Assembly: GCA_963749515.1 (NCBI GenBank)
Contig: CAVVMR010000002.1
Location: forward strand, 69,854-133,853
Reading direction: 5' to 3'
From: an uncultured Gaiellaceae bacterium
GTDB taxonomy: Bacteria > Actinomycetota > Thermoleophilia > Gaiellales > Gaiellaceae
Length of the DNA: 64,000 bases
Made by a program: the position numbers and the translations under genes. The notes below the pieces were generated by a model, which did not search any database, had not been told where the DNA came from, and was given only the letters and a program-made list of their open reading frames with translations. Shown in pieces: positions 17,309 through 26,840 of the stretch. Each line of letters opens with the position of its first letter. Position 1 is the stretch's first letter.

Positions 17309-19381
17309 GTGCTCGCGGTCGGGGGGTCGGGTTTGCGCGTGTTGCTGTTCGTTCTCAGTGGTCTCGTTGCCGCCGGCGTCATCGCCGGCTCGGCAGCAGC
17401 GTCGGACGACCGCGGGTCGGCCGTGTTCCAGCCGGTTCCGTCGCTGACGCCGGTCGCCACGGAGCGCCTCTGGACAGAGCTCGTGCAACGGCAGGACGCC
17501 CGGGCCACGGGCGCCGCGTGCGCGCCCCTGCGAGCAGTCTTCTACGCCGCAACCGACTGGCTTCGCCTGACCACGAGACTCGCCGCGAACGCGTCCCCCT
17601 GCGCGCACTACTACATCTCCGTGCCGCCTCTCGCGGCCGACAAGACACAGCTTCGAGCCGATCAGGCGTGGCGGATCCGGGCGCTCGGGCCTTCCTTCCA
17701 CGCCCTCGCGGAGATCAACGTCACCGGCTGGACCTCGTGGGTCGCGACCCCGGGCAACTCCTGGTACGCAGCCGGCGTCGAGGCGCGGCGGCGCATGGCG
17801 GCTGCGGGCTACGACGTCGCGGCGGGTGACACCTGGGCGCTGAACGAGCTCTCGTCGGCGGTGCGCCAGGGGACCGGCAACGCACGCGCCAACATGCGTG
17901 CCTTCCTCAACGGGCTCTACGACGGAGACGGCGCGACGCCGGCAACGCGCGGCACGGTCTTCATCGCCGGGATCGCGCAGACGACGACCGACCTCTCCGT
18001 CTACCAGGCACGGCTGCAGGACTGGTACGAGGACGCTGCATTCTGGAGCGATCTGACCCGCTACGCGAGCGACTGGTCACAGGAGCTCTACGGCGATGTG
18101 CGTGCCTATGCCGACGCCGCTGCCGGACGAGACGCGCGGCGCGACGCACTGAACGAGTACCTGCAGCATCAGCCTGCGCTCGCCGCCGTCGCACCAGCGT
18201 CGGCCGATGCCGCGCGATCGTTTCTCGCCGCCGCCTACAACCCACTGGCGAACGCAGCCTGGCAGTACGACGCCGCATTCGGCTGGACCAACGTCTCCGT
18301 CGAGCTGATGCAGGACTACGTCTCGGCGCAGACGTACGCCATGCGCTCCGCGGGCAACAGTCGCTTCGGCTTCCCGTGGTCGCCACGGAACCTCGCCGGC
18401 ATGCCGGCCGGCGACTTCAACGCGCGGACCGATGCTCTGCTGACGCGACTGGCCGCAGCGATTGCGGAGTCCGCGGAAGCGCCGGACGCAGCCTGCGGCT
18501 CCGCATGGTGCACCGGCACGCTCGACGGCGCAGCTCTCACGACGGCGTGGCGGACGTTCGCAACGTGGAAGCCGTCCGTCCTCGCGTTCACCACAGCCCC
18601 CCAGAACCTGTCGCCGGGCGTGCCGTCGGCGCCGATGACGATCGCGCTCCGCACCAGCAGCGGCACGGCGTATGCCGCCGGCGCCCCGGTGCCGCTGGAG
18701 CTCTCGTCGTCCTCGCCGACGGGGGCGTTCTCGACCGGAACGGGCGGTCCCTGGTCACCGACGCTCGCGACCTCGATCGCCTCGGGCCAGAGCTCGACGA
18801 GCGTCTACTTCCAGGACACGCAGGCCGGCTCGGCCACGATCACGGCAGCGGCGGCCGGCAAGACGGCCGCCACACAGAGCGTCACGATCGCCGGCGACAC
18901 ACCGCCTCCGCCTCCGCCACCACCGCCACCGCCTCCCTCGTCGGGCGACCCGGGTCCCGCTCCCGTGATCGCGCCGAGCACCACCCCGGCGGCACCCGCC
19001 GTCGCGCCCCCGCCGGCCACCCCCGCTCTGCCGAAGCTCCGGCTCGTCGCCACGGCGCGGGCCGCCGTCAAGCGGCGTGGGACGACCGCGGACGTGTCGA
19101 TCCGCTTCCTGGTGAGCGGGCCGGCCCGGCTCGACGCGCGAGTCACTCCCCTCCTCTCGACCCGCGCCATCGTCCTGCTTCCCGGAACGACGTTCGCCGG
19201 CAAGCGGTCGACCTCGGTACGCCAGGCTGCGACGGCGTCGGTCACACGCGCCGGGACGTTCGCCCTGCGGGCACGGCTGCGGGGCGCGCGGCTGCTCCGA
19301 GGGCGCACGTACCTCATACGGCTCACGGCGACCCACCCTGACGGCCGCCGCGTGACGTTGGCCGTCCGCCTGCGCGCCTGA
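17309..19381 (+). CDS. Secreted hypothetical protein: unknown ~430-aa N-domain, Ig-like region, poly-Pro linker, basic C-terminal beta domain
   Basis: ORF 17309..19381 with a GTG start and GAGG ~9 nt upstream. Signal peptide LRVLLFVLSGLVAAGVIAGSAAA. I recognise no catalytic motif. Confidence 0.7.
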   Translation: MLAVGGSGLRVLLFVLSGLVAAGVIAGSAAASDDRGSAVFQPVPSLTPVATERLWTELVQRQDARATGAACAPLRAVFYAATDWLRLTTRLAANASPCAHYYISVPPLAADKTQLRADQAWRIRALGPSFHALAEINVTGWTSWVATPGNSWYAAGVEARRRMAAAGYDVAAGDTWALNELSSAVRQGTGNARANMRAFLNGLYDGDGATPATRGTVFIAGIAQTTTDLSVYQARLQDWYEDAAFWSDLTRYASDWSQELYGDVRAYADAAAGRDARRDALNEYLQHQPALAAVAPASADAARSFLAAAYNPLANAAWQYDAAFGWTNVSVELMQDYVSAQTYAMRSAGNSRFGFPWSPRNLAGMPAGDFNARTDALLTRLAAAIAESAEAPDAACGSAWCTGTLDGAALTTAWRTFATWKPSVLAFTTAPQNLSPGVPSAPMTIALRTSSGTAYAAGAPVPLELSSSSPTGAFSTGTGGPWSPTLATSIASGQSSTSVYFQDTQAGSATITAAAAGKTAATQSVTIAGDTPPPPPPPPPPPPSSGDPGPAPVIAPSTTPAAPAVAPPPATPALPKLRLVATARAAVKRRGTTADVSIRFLVSGPARLDARVTPLLSTRAIVLLPGTTFAGKRSTSVRQAATASVTRAGTFALRARLRGARLLRGRTYLIRLTATHPDGRRVTLAVRLRA
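18902..18937 (+). repeat. Run of 12 consecutive proline codons (low-complexity linker inside CDS 17309..19381)
   Basis: Read directly: ccg cct ccg cct ccg cca cca ccg cca ccg cct ccc. Confidence 0.95.
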
Positions 19382-19384
19382 TCG

Positions 19385-19831
19385 TCAGTCAATGGTGCGG
19401 CAGTCGCCGCACTCGCCGCGCAGCACGACCTCGTGCGCATCGACGCTGTAGCCGAGCCGCCCCGAGGCGCTTGCGATCGCACGCTCGAGTGAGGGATCGG
19501 AGAACGGCTCGACCTTCCCGCAGTCGTCGCAGACCACGTGGTGGTGATGATCGCCTCCCGGCGAGGCGGGCTCGAAGCGGGCAATCCCGTCGCCGACATC
19601 GACCCGCTGGACGAGGCGTAGCTCGAAGAGCTCCTCGAGCACGCGATAGACGGACGCGATCCCGACCGACCTGCCCTTCGCCCGTAGGCGCGCGTGAATT
19701 TCCTGCGCGCTCGCACAGCAGTCCTGGCCGGACATCAGGTCGAGGACGGAGGCGCGGGCGCCGCCGGCCCGGAAGCCGGCCTCTCTGAGCGCCGCCTCGG
19801 TGTGCTCACGCCAGGACTCAGCGGTGGTCAT
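19385..19831 (-). CDS. zur: Fur-family metalloregulator, probably zinc uptake regulator
   Basis: ORF 19385..19831. Fur-family DNA-binding region SVYRVLEELFELRLV. Metal sites HHHHVVCDDCGKV and CGDC. Divergent from znuACB. Confidence 0.85.
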   Translation of the reverse strand: MTTAESWREHTEAALREAGFRAGGARASVLDLMSGQDCCASAQEIHARLRAKGRSVGIASVYRVLEELFELRLVQRVDVGDGIARFEPASPGGDHHHHVVCDDCGKVEPFSDPSLERAIASASGRLGYSVDAHEVVLRGECGDCRTID

Positions 19832-19838
19832 CGCGTAA

Positions 19839-19857
19839 GATGATAGCGATTCTCATC
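19839..19857. promoter_or_regulatory. Fur/Zur-box-like 9-1-9 inverted repeat in zur-znuA intergenic region
   Basis: GATGATAGC g ATTCTCATC, with 6 of 9 arm positions complementary including the outer GATGA/TCATC. AT-rich and located in the 37-bp gap between divergent zur and znuA. Confidence 0.55.
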
Positions 19858-19868
19858 GGCGTGCTAGG

Positions 19869-20693
19869 GTGCCGGGCGTGAAGACGAGAATCGTTCTCAC
19901 TCTCGTCGCGGCCGCAGCATTCGCCGGCTGCGGCGGCTCGAGCTCGGAGAGCTCCACCATCGTCGCTGCCTTCTACCCGCTCGCGTACGCCGCCGAGCAG
20001 GTCGCGGCCGACGGAGCGGACGTGCGCAATTTGACGCCGCCCGGCGTCGAGCCGCACGACCTCGAGCTCTCGGGCAGCGACATCCGGATGATCGCCGACG
20101 CCAGGCTCGTCCTCTATTTGAGAGGCTTCCAGCCCGCTCTGGAGCGGGCAGTCGACTCGACGTCGGCGCCTGCCGTCGATCTGCTCGGCCCCGCCGTGGA
20201 CGACCCGCACGTCTGGCTCGATCCAGTCCGGTACGCCCTCCTCGCCGAGCGGATCGGGACGGAGCTCGGCCGGCGGTCGGCAGCCGAGCCGTTCGCAGCG
20301 AAGCTGCGCGTGCTCGATCGTGAGTTCCGCGAAGGCCTCTCGCGCTGCGAGCGGGACGAGATCGTCACCAGCCATGCAGCCTTTGCGTACTTCGCCCGCT
20401 ACGGCCTGACGCAGATCGCGATCACGGGTCTCTCCCCGGAGAGTGAGCCGACGCCCCGCGACCTCGAGGATGTCGTGCGCCAGGTACGCGCCGCGGGTGC
20501 GACGACCGTCTTCTTCGAGCCGCTCGTCTCGCCGCGGCTCGCCGAGACCGTCGCCCGCGAGGTCGGCGTGAAGACCGCGGTGCTGAATCCGCTCGAAGGG
20601 CTGAGCGACGAGGAGATCGCGGCCGGAGAGGACTATTTCTCGGTCATGCGGGAGAACCTCGCTGCCCTGCGTAAGGCACTCGGATGCCGGTAG
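19869..20693 (+). CDS. znuA: Zinc/manganese ABC transporter substrate-binding lipoprotein (TroA/ZnuA family)
   Basis: ORF 19869..20693 (GTG; alternative GTG 19878). Lipobox AAAAFAGC. Motifs DPHVWLDP and TSHAAFAYFARYGL. Confidence 0.85.
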   Translation: MPGVKTRIVLTLVAAAAFAGCGGSSSESSTIVAAFYPLAYAAEQVAADGADVRNLTPPGVEPHDLELSGSDIRMIADARLVLYLRGFQPALERAVDSTSAPAVDLLGPAVDDPHVWLDPVRYALLAERIGTELGRRSAAEPFAAKLRVLDREFREGLSRCERDEIVTSHAAFAYFARYGLTQIAITGLSPESEPTPRDLEDVVRQVRAAGATTVFFEPLVSPRLAETVAREVGVKTAVLNPLEGLSDEEIAAGEDYFSVMRENLAALRKALGCR

Positions 20694-21403
20694 CGGTCGA
20701 GCTGCGCGATGTCTCGTTCGCCTACGACGGAGGCGGCCACGTGCTCGAGCGCGTCAACCTCGCCGTTGCCACAGGCGAGTTCGTGGCGATCGCCGGCCCG
20801 AACGGCGGCGGCAAGACGACCCTGGTGCGGCTCGCGCTCGGGCTCGAGCGGCCGACGTCGGGCGAGGCCCTCCTCTTCGGCGAGCCCGCGGCGAGATTCT
20901 CCGGTCGCTCTGCCCTCGGCTACCTGGCCCAGCGCTCGCAGCTCGGGGTCGACGCGCCGGCGACCGTGCGCGAGGTCGTCGCCGCGGGCCGGCTCGCATC
21001 GGGCGGGCTGCTCGGCCCCCTCCGCCGCCGAGACCGCGCCATCGTCGCCGAGTCGATCGAACGGGTGGGACTGGCCGGCAGCGCCGATGTCCCGCTACGC
21101 ACGCTGTCGGGCGGTCAGCAGCAACGCGCGTTCATCGCCAAGGCACTCGCCGGCCAGCCCTCGCTGCTCGTCCTCGACGAGCCGACGACGGGGGTCGACG
21201 CCGAGTCGCAGGAGGCTCTCGCCGGGCTGCTCGACCGCCTGCACCGCGAGCTCGCCGTCACCATCCTCTACGTCTCGCACGAGTTCGGAGCGGTCGAGCG
21301 CTTCGTCGAGCGGCTCGTCCTCGTTCGCCGCGGGATCGTCTTCGACGGGCCGCCGGCTGCCCTTCCGGGCGTCTGGCACGACCCCTCCCACGTCCATGCT
21401 TGA
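20684..21403 (+). CDS. znuC: Zinc ABC transporter ATP-binding protein
   Basis: ORF 20684..21403. Walker [10 protein letters not shown], signature LSGGQQQR, Walker B LVLDEP. Confidence 0.88.
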   Translation: MPVAVELRDVSFAYDGGGHVLERVNLAVATGEFVAIAGPNGGGKTTLVRLALGLERPTSGEALLFGEPAARFSGRSALGYLAQRSQLGVDAPATVREVVAAGRLASGGLLGPLRRRDRAIVAESIERVGLAGSADVPLRTLSGGQQQRAFIAKALAGQPSLLVLDEPTTGVDAESQEALAGLLDRLHRELAVTILYVSHEFGAVERFVERLVLVRRGIVFDGPPAALPGVWHDPSHVHA

Positions 21404-22193
21404 CCTGGAGTTCATGCGGCTCGCGTTCGCGGCTGGGGCGATCGTCGGCCTGCTCGCGCCCGCGGTCGGCTTCTTCCTCGTGCAGCGGCAGCTCAGCCTG
21501 ATCGGCGACGGCATCGGCCACGTGGCCTTCGCCGGCGTCGCGGCCGGGTACCTGCTCGGACTGCCGCCCGTGCTCACGGCGCTCGTCGCCTCGATCGGCG
21601 GCGCCGGCGCGATCGAGTGGCTGCGCGCGCGGAAGCACACCGCCGGCGACCAGGCACTCGCGCTCGTGTTCTACACGGGCATCGCCGCCGGAGTCGTCCT
21701 GATCTCGATGGCAGGCGCGCTGAACGTCGATCTCTTCGGGTTCCTCTTCGGCTCGATCCTGACGACGACCCGAACCGATCTCGCGCTCGTGGCCGCGCTC
21801 GGGATCGGAGGTCTCGCGACGATCGCACTGCTGTACCGCGCGCTCGCCGGCGTCGCGCTCGACGAGGAGGGAGCGCGCGTCGCTGGTGTCCCCGTCTCGT
21901 TTCTGAACGTCGTCCTCGCGGTCCTCGCGGCGACCACGGTCGCGGTCTCGATGCGAATCGTCGGAATTCTGTTGATTGCGGCGCTGATGGTGCTGCCGGT
22001 GATTGCAGCGACGCGCATCGCACGCAGCATGCGCGAGACGCTCCTGCTCGGGATGGCAATCGGCCTCGGCAGCGTTCTCGGCGGCCTCACGGTCGCCTAC
22101 TACGCCGACCTGCCTCCGGGCGGGACGATCGTCCTGATCGCCGCTGCGACCTTCCTCGCCACCAGCGGGGTCTCCGGGCTCCGCCGCAGTTGA
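21396..22193 (+). CDS. znuB: Zinc ABC transporter permease (ABC-3 family)
   Basis: In-frame part of ORF 20709..22193 from ATG 21396 ([20 protein letters not shown]...). Polytopic membrane protein. Confidence 0.85.
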   Translation: MLDLEFMRLAFAAGAIVGLLAPAVGFFLVQRQLSLIGDGIGHVAFAGVAAGYLLGLPPVLTALVASIGGAGAIEWLRARKHTAGDQALALVFYTGIAAGVVLISMAGALNVDLFGFLFGSILTTTRTDLALVAALGIGGLATIALLYRALAGVALDEEGARVAGVPVSFLNVVLAVLAATTVAVSMRIVGILLIAALMVLPVIAATRIARSMRETLLLGMAIGLGSVLGGLTVAYYADLPPGGTIVLIAAATFLATSGVSGLRRS

Positions 22194-22304
22194 CACCTGC
22201 ACCGTGGCGGAGAGGCAGGCGCTAGGCTTCCCCGCGCCAACAGGGGGGTTGGTCCCGTCACGCCGCCTGACCGCCTCCTGCATCGATCCAGAGGGGGGAC
22301 TGCC

Positions 22305-24053
22305 TTGTCACCATTGCAGCCACGCGTCCGGCGGAGAAGCACCCACCGCTCGACGCAAAACTACGTCGCCTTTGCGGCAGCTTCGATTGCCGTGCTCGTC
22401 GCCACGCTTGCCGTCTCGGCCGCCACGCTCGTTCAGGCACCGAACGCGTACGCGGCCAGCGGCATCACGCCGAAGGACTCCAAGGCGAAGCGGTTCGTCA
22501 CCGGCGTCTCGGTCGAGGAGATCAAGGAGCACCAGACCGCGCTGCAGACGATCGCGTCGCTCAACGACGACACGCGCGAGGTGTTCTCGACCGGCTACCA
22601 GGAGTCGCTCGACTACGTCGTGTCGACGCTGAAGGAGGCCGGCTACAAGCCGGAGGTCAACCAGTTCAACTATCCGGTCTGGAGCGAGTCGCAGCCACCG
22701 GTCCTGAACAGGGTCTCGCCGACGCCGAAGACCTACGTCCCCGGCGACGCTGACGACAGCGACCTGCCGACGGCGGACTTCATCACGATGGCGAACTCGC
22801 CGACCGTGGTGCTCACCAACGCTCCCGTCTTCCCCGTCGGCGGAATCGTCGACCCGCCCACCGGCGGATCGGCCAGCGGCTGCACTGCCGGCGATTACGC
22901 CGGCGTGTCCGGCAAGGTCGCGCTCGTCCAGCGGGGCACGTGCGCCTTCGTCGACAAGTGGTCGCTGGCCCAGGCTGCCGGCGCCACCGGCGTCATCATC
23001 TACAACGAGGGCAACACGCCCGCACGCCAGAATCCGATCTTCGTCGACAACCAGCCCGACCCGCCGGCGACGATCGCCGCGGTGATCTCGAGCTACACAC
23101 TCGGCAACGAGCTGCTGCAGGCGTACAAGCTGGGCCAGAGCCCGACCGTCGACTTCAAGGTCTACGGCACGTTCACGGACCGGTTCCTGCCGCAGGTGAT
23201 CGCCGAGACCAAGGACGGCGACCCGAACCACGTCGTCGTGGTCGGAGCGCATCTCGACTCGGTGCCCGAAGGCCCCGGGATCAACGACGACGGCTCGGGC
23301 ACGGCGACGCTGCTCGCCCAGGCCGAGGAGCTCGCCGACGGCCACTACAAGCTCCGCAACAAGATCCGCTTCGCGTGGTGGGGCGCGGAGGAGAACGGCC
23401 TGGTCGGGTCGACCTACTACGCGCACAACCTCAGCCAGCGCGAGGTGGACAAGATCGACGTGATGCTCGACTACGACATGCTGTCGTCGGCGAACTACGT
23501 CCGGTTCGTCTACGACGGCGACGGCAACGCCGAGCCCGGCAACCCGGCCGGCCCTGAGGGCTCAGGCAAGGTCGAGCAGGTCTTCGACGACTGGTTCAGC
23601 GCGCAAGGTCTCCAGAGCGCACGTGTGCCGTTCGACGGCCGCTCCGACTATGTCGGCTTCACCGACCGCGGCATCCCGGCAGGCGGTGTGTTCGCCGGCG
23701 CCGAGGGAGTGAAGACGCCCGAAGAGGAAGCGATCTACGGCGGCGCCGCAGGCTCGTGGTACGACCCGTGCTACCACCAGTTCTGCGACAACCTGATCAC
23801 CGTCTTCACCGGTGTTCCGCCGCTCGACGCGGAAGGCCTGGCCCCCGAAGGGGACGAGGCGGCCAAGCGCGCAGCGCAGCGCAAGATGGCCGGAGGGGCG
23901 ATCAAGAGCCTCACCGAGCTGTCGGGTGCGGCGAGCTACGCCGTCTACTACTTCGCAGCGTCGAAGGACCCGTTCGGCACCAAGCCGCGCAAGCACGACA
24001 AGCCTCGTCACAAGCACAAGTGGCAGGGCCACGACCGTCCCATCAAGGGCTAG
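22305..24053 (+). CDS. Secreted M28-family zinc aminopeptidase with PA (protease-associated) domain
   Basis: ORF 22305..24053 with a TTG start and GAGGGGGG upstream. Signal peptide. M28 metal-ligand blocks VVVGAHLDSV, GINDDGSG, WWGAEENGLVGS. Confidence 0.82.
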   Translation: MSPLQPRVRRRSTHRSTQNYVAFAAASIAVLVATLAVSAATLVQAPNAYAASGITPKDSKAKRFVTGVSVEEIKEHQTALQTIASLNDDTREVFSTGYQESLDYVVSTLKEAGYKPEVNQFNYPVWSESQPPVLNRVSPTPKTYVPGDADDSDLPTADFITMANSPTVVLTNAPVFPVGGIVDPPTGGSASGCTAGDYAGVSGKVALVQRGTCAFVDKWSLAQAAGATGVIIYNEGNTPARQNPIFVDNQPDPPATIAAVISSYTLGNELLQAYKLGQSPTVDFKVYGTFTDRFLPQVIAETKDGDPNHVVVVGAHLDSVPEGPGINDDGSGTATLLAQAEELADGHYKLRNKIRFAWWGAEENGLVGSTYYAHNLSQREVDKIDVMLDYDMLSSANYVRFVYDGDGNAEPGNPAGPEGSGKVEQVFDDWFSAQGLQSARVPFDGRSDYVGFTDRGIPAGGVFAGAEGVKTPEEEAIYGGAAGSWYDPCYHQFCDNLITVFTGVPPLDAEGLAPEGDEAAKRAAQRKMAGGAIKSLTELSGAASYAVYYFAASKDPFGTKPRKHDKPRHKHKWQGHDRPIKG

Positions 24054-24066
24054 GAAATCGTTCACC

Positions 24067-24094
24067 GGGCGCCGCCCCAACCGGGGCGGCGCCC
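24067..24094. terminator. Bidirectional terminator-like hairpin between convergent aminopeptidase and queA-like genes
   Basis: Perfect 12-bp stem GGGCGCCGCCCC / GGGGCGGCGCCC with loop AACC. Confidence 0.7.
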
Positions 24095-24099
24095 AACCT

Positions 24100-25134
24100 T
24101 CACGTCAGGATCAAATGGCTGTCGCCGAACTCGTGCCAGCGATAGCCGCGTTCCATCGCGGCCTCGTAGCTCATCGCGAGTAGCTCCGGGCCGGCGGCGG
24201 CGCTCAGCAGGTCGAGGTGCGACGCATCGGCCTCGTGGAAGCCGCTGAGGAGGCCGTCGACTGTTCGCAGGCCTCGCTCGGGCGTGACGACGAGGTCCGT
24301 CCATCCCTCGCCGGGAATCACGATCCCGTCGGGCCGGGCGACCGTCTCGAGCGCGCGGACCACCGTCGTGCCGGTCGCGATCACCCGCCCGCCCCAACCG
24401 TGGACGGCGTTCGCCAGCCGCGCCGTGTGCTCGGGGACGCGGTACCGCTCGGGGTACGGCCGCTCGTGGCGCTCCTGGGACGAGACGCCGGTGTGCAGGA
24501 CGATCGGTGCGACGAGCACGCCGCCGGCGACGAGCGCCGTGATCAGCTCGGAGGTGAACGGGCGGCCGGCGCTGGCCATCTCGGCGCTGCCCGGCTCGGT
24601 CGCGTAGACGTTCTGGTACGCCGAGAGCGGCCACGGCTGCGGGACGTAGCCGTAGCGAATCGGCTGCCCGTGCTCGTGGAGATAGTCCTCGAGCGGCAGC
24701 GGCAGGTCGAGACGCGCGAGCCACAGCCGGACACCGGCATAGGGGGCGAGAATCCTGGCCGTCCCGCCGCCTGGGAGCGCGAACTGCTCGTCGACCCGGA
24801 CGCCGCCGAACGGCGCCTCACCGCGGCGGAGCTCGACGATCCAGAAGCGGGCGGGATCCTGGTCGCGCGCGGGCGTCGAGAGCCGTAGCTCGAGCTGCTC
24901 ACCGTCCGCACGGGTCACGGGCAGGGCTGCCGGAAGCGTCGCCGAGGTGTTGACGACGACCAGATCGCCCGGCGCCAGGAACTGCGGCAGGTCGCGGAAT
25001 CGGCCGTGGACGATCGAGCCGTCGGGACGGCTCGAGACGAGGAGCCGAACGTCGTCCCGGGAGGCGTCGCCGCGCGCCTCCGGCGGCTCGTGCGCCTCGA
25101 GCCGGGCGCGCAGGTCGGCGGCGAGCGCGCTCAT
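24100..25134 (-). CDS. QueA-like protein (S-adenosylmethionine:tRNA ribosyltransferase-isomerase family, divergent)
   Basis: ORF 24100..25134. QueA-like blocks GDLVVVNTSATLPA, YQNVYATEPGSAEMASAGRPFT, LHTGVSS, ATGTTVVRALE, GFHEADASHLDLL, YRWHEFGDSHLI. Confidence 0.7.
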   Translation of the reverse strand: MSALAADLRARLEAHEPPEARGDASRDDVRLLVSSRPDGSIVHGRFRDLPQFLAPGDLVVVNTSATLPAALPVTRADGEQLELRLSTPARDQDPARFWIVELRRGEAPFGGVRVDEQFALPGGGTARILAPYAGVRLWLARLDLPLPLEDYLHEHGQPIRYGYVPQPWPLSAYQNVYATEPGSAEMASAGRPFTSELITALVAGGVLVAPIVLHTGVSSQERHERPYPERYRVPEHTARLANAVHGWGGRVIATGTTVVRALETVARPDGIVIPGEGWTDLVVTPERGLRTVDGLLSGFHEADASHLDLLSAAAGPELLAMSYEAAMERGYRWHEFGDSHLILT

Positions 25135-25805
25135 GCGGAGGCCTCGACCAGGTCACGGACGCGGTAGAGCCCGCTCGGCGCGTAGCCGTCGATCAGCTGC
25201 AGGAGCCCGGGAACGCTGTCCTCGGGCGGCGGCCGGTCGGAGATGTCCTCACCGGGAAACGCTTCCTGGTGCATCTGCGTCCGCATGTCGCCCGGGTCGA
25301 CCGCGTAGAAGCGAAGCACGGGATTCTCGGCGCCGAGGATGGCGGTGAGCTGCGCGAGCGCTGCCTTGGACGACCCGTAGCCGCCCCAGGTCTCGTAGGG
25401 CTCGACGGCCGCGTCCGAGGTGATGTTGAGGACGCGTGCGCCGTGGGTGAGGCGCGGGAGCGCGAGCTGGACGAGTGCGAGCGGCGCGAGCACGTTGATC
25501 TCGTAGACGCGCCGAAGCTCGTCGAGTGGGTAGTCGGCCAGCAGCGGCTGCGGACTGGGGCCGAGCACACTCGCGTTGTTCACCAGCAGGTCGATCGACT
25601 CGCCCGCGGCGTCGACCAGGCGGCGACGGTGATCGGGGTCGGACACGTCGCCGGAGAGCGCGAGGACACCGTCGAGGCCGCCGACCGCGCGCTCGAGTGC
25701 GCCCCCGTCGCGCGCGTCCACGACGGTCTGCCAGCCTCGCTCCGCGAGCGCACGCGTGAGCGCGAGGCCGAGGCCGCGGGAGGCGCCGGTGACGATCGCC
25801 TGCAT
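25131..25805 (-). CDS. Short-chain dehydrogenase/reductase (SDR) family oxidoreductase
   Basis: ORF 25131..25805. Cofactor motif TGASRGLG, NNAS, catalytic YGSSK. 4-nt overlap with the queA-like gene. Confidence 0.88.
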   Translation of the reverse strand: MQAIVTGASRGLGLALTRALAERGWQTVVDARDGGALERAVGGLDGVLALSGDVSDPDHRRRLVDAAGESIDLLVNNASVLGPSPQPLLADYPLDELRRVYEINVLAPLALVQLALPRLTHGARVLNITSDAAVEPYETWGGYGSSKAALAQLTAILGAENPVLRFYAVDPGDMRTQMHQEAFPGEDISDRPPPEDSVPGLLQLIDGYAPSGLYRVRDLVEASA

Positions 25806-26140
25806 CAGGCCGCCTCGAGCGGGACGCCGTGGCGCCCGACGATCCGGTCGTAGTTCAGCCGCATCAGCTCGATCACGTCGCGGACGTCGTCCTCGCTCTC
25901 GATGCGGCGTGCCCCGTAGCCCGGCTTGCCGGGGAAGACCGGGTGGTAGTCGATCCGGCCCGCGTCGAAGAGAGCCTGCCAGACGTCCTTCGGGAAGCCG
26001 AAGTGCGCGACGTGATCGCCGTGCAGGTGGCCGATCTCCCGGCGACCGACCCTGAAGCCGTACTCGCCGCGGGTGCCGTTGCCCGCTTCGACTCCCGGCC
26101 AGGACGTGACCTCGTTGGTGATCTGCTCGTTGTTCGTCAT
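25805..26140 (-). CDS. Small conserved protein (luciferase-domain/DUF5519-like, tentative)
   Basis: ORF 25805..26140. High GC3 frame with a 1-nt overlap with the SDR gene. Sequence EVTSWPGVEAGNGTRGEYGFRVGRREIGHLHGDHVAHFGFP recalls that family. Assignment is from memory only. Confidence 0.5.
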   Translation of the reverse strand: MTNNEQITNEVTSWPGVEAGNGTRGEYGFRVGRREIGHLHGDHVAHFGFPKDVWQALFDAGRIDYHPVFPGKPGYGARRIESEDDVRDVIELMRLNYDRIVGRHGVPLEAA

Positions 26141-26189
26141 GCCCTCAGGATGGCCGCGGCCGGGTCTCGGCCGCCAGCGGCAATTGGTC

Positions 26190-26840
26190 CTAGGACCTCG
26201 GGTCGACGAGCCCCGCGCGAACGGCCACGACGGCTGCCTGCGTGCGGTCGCTGACGCCGAGCTTCGCGAGGACGTGGCCGACGTGCGTCTTCACGGTCTT
26301 CTCGGACAGCGTCAGCTCACGGGCGATCCGCTTGTTCGGGAAGCCGCGCGCGACCAGGATGAGCACCTCGCGCTCGCGCGGTGTCAGGCGGTCGAGCGGC
26401 CCCCGGCCGCCGTCCGCCGCCAGCGACTCCATCAGCCGGGCGGCGACGACGGGATCGAGCAGCGCCTCCCCTGCGTGCGCGGCACGGACGGCACGGACGA
26501 GCTCCTGCGGCTCGGCGTTCTTGAGCAAGTACCCGGCCGCGCCCGAGCGGAGCGCGGGCAGCAGCGTGTCGTCGTCGAGGAAGCTCGTCAGCACGATCAC
26601 GCGCGCGTCCGGAGCCGACTCGCGCAGCAACCGCATCGCAGCCACGCCGTCGAGCCGCGGCATGACGAGATCCATCAGGATCACATCCGGAAGGAGACGC
26701 GTCGCCGCCTCGACCGCATCCCGGCCGTCGACCGCCTCGCCTACGACCTCGATCCCCTCCTGGAGCTCGAGGAACCCGCGCAGCCCCTCCCGAACGACGG
26801 CGTGGTCGTCGACGACGAGCACGCGGATCGGCTCAGCCAT
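26190..26840 (-). CDS. NarL/FixJ (LuxR)-family response regulator
   Basis: ORF 26190..26840. Receiver VLVVDDH...DLVMPRLDG. Lux[40 protein letters not shown]. Confidence 0.9.
   Translation of the reverse strand: MAEPIRVLVVDDHAVVREGLRGFLELQEGIEVVGEAVDGRDAVEAATRLLPDVILMDLVMPRLDGVAAMRLLRESAPDARVIVLTSFLDDDTLLPALRSGAAGYLLKNAEPQELVRAVRAAHAGEALLDPVVAARLMESLAADGGRGPLDRLTPREREVLILVARGFPNKRIARELTLSEKTVKTHVGHVLAKLGVSDRTQAAVVAVRAGLVDPRS

Noticed and set aside
22194-22304. 111-bp region upstream of the M28 aminopeptidase gene, checked for a second Zur box because it follows znuB
   Set aside because: No AT-rich palindrome similar to 19839-19857 is present. There is only a weak 5-bp hairpin CCAAC/GTTGG.
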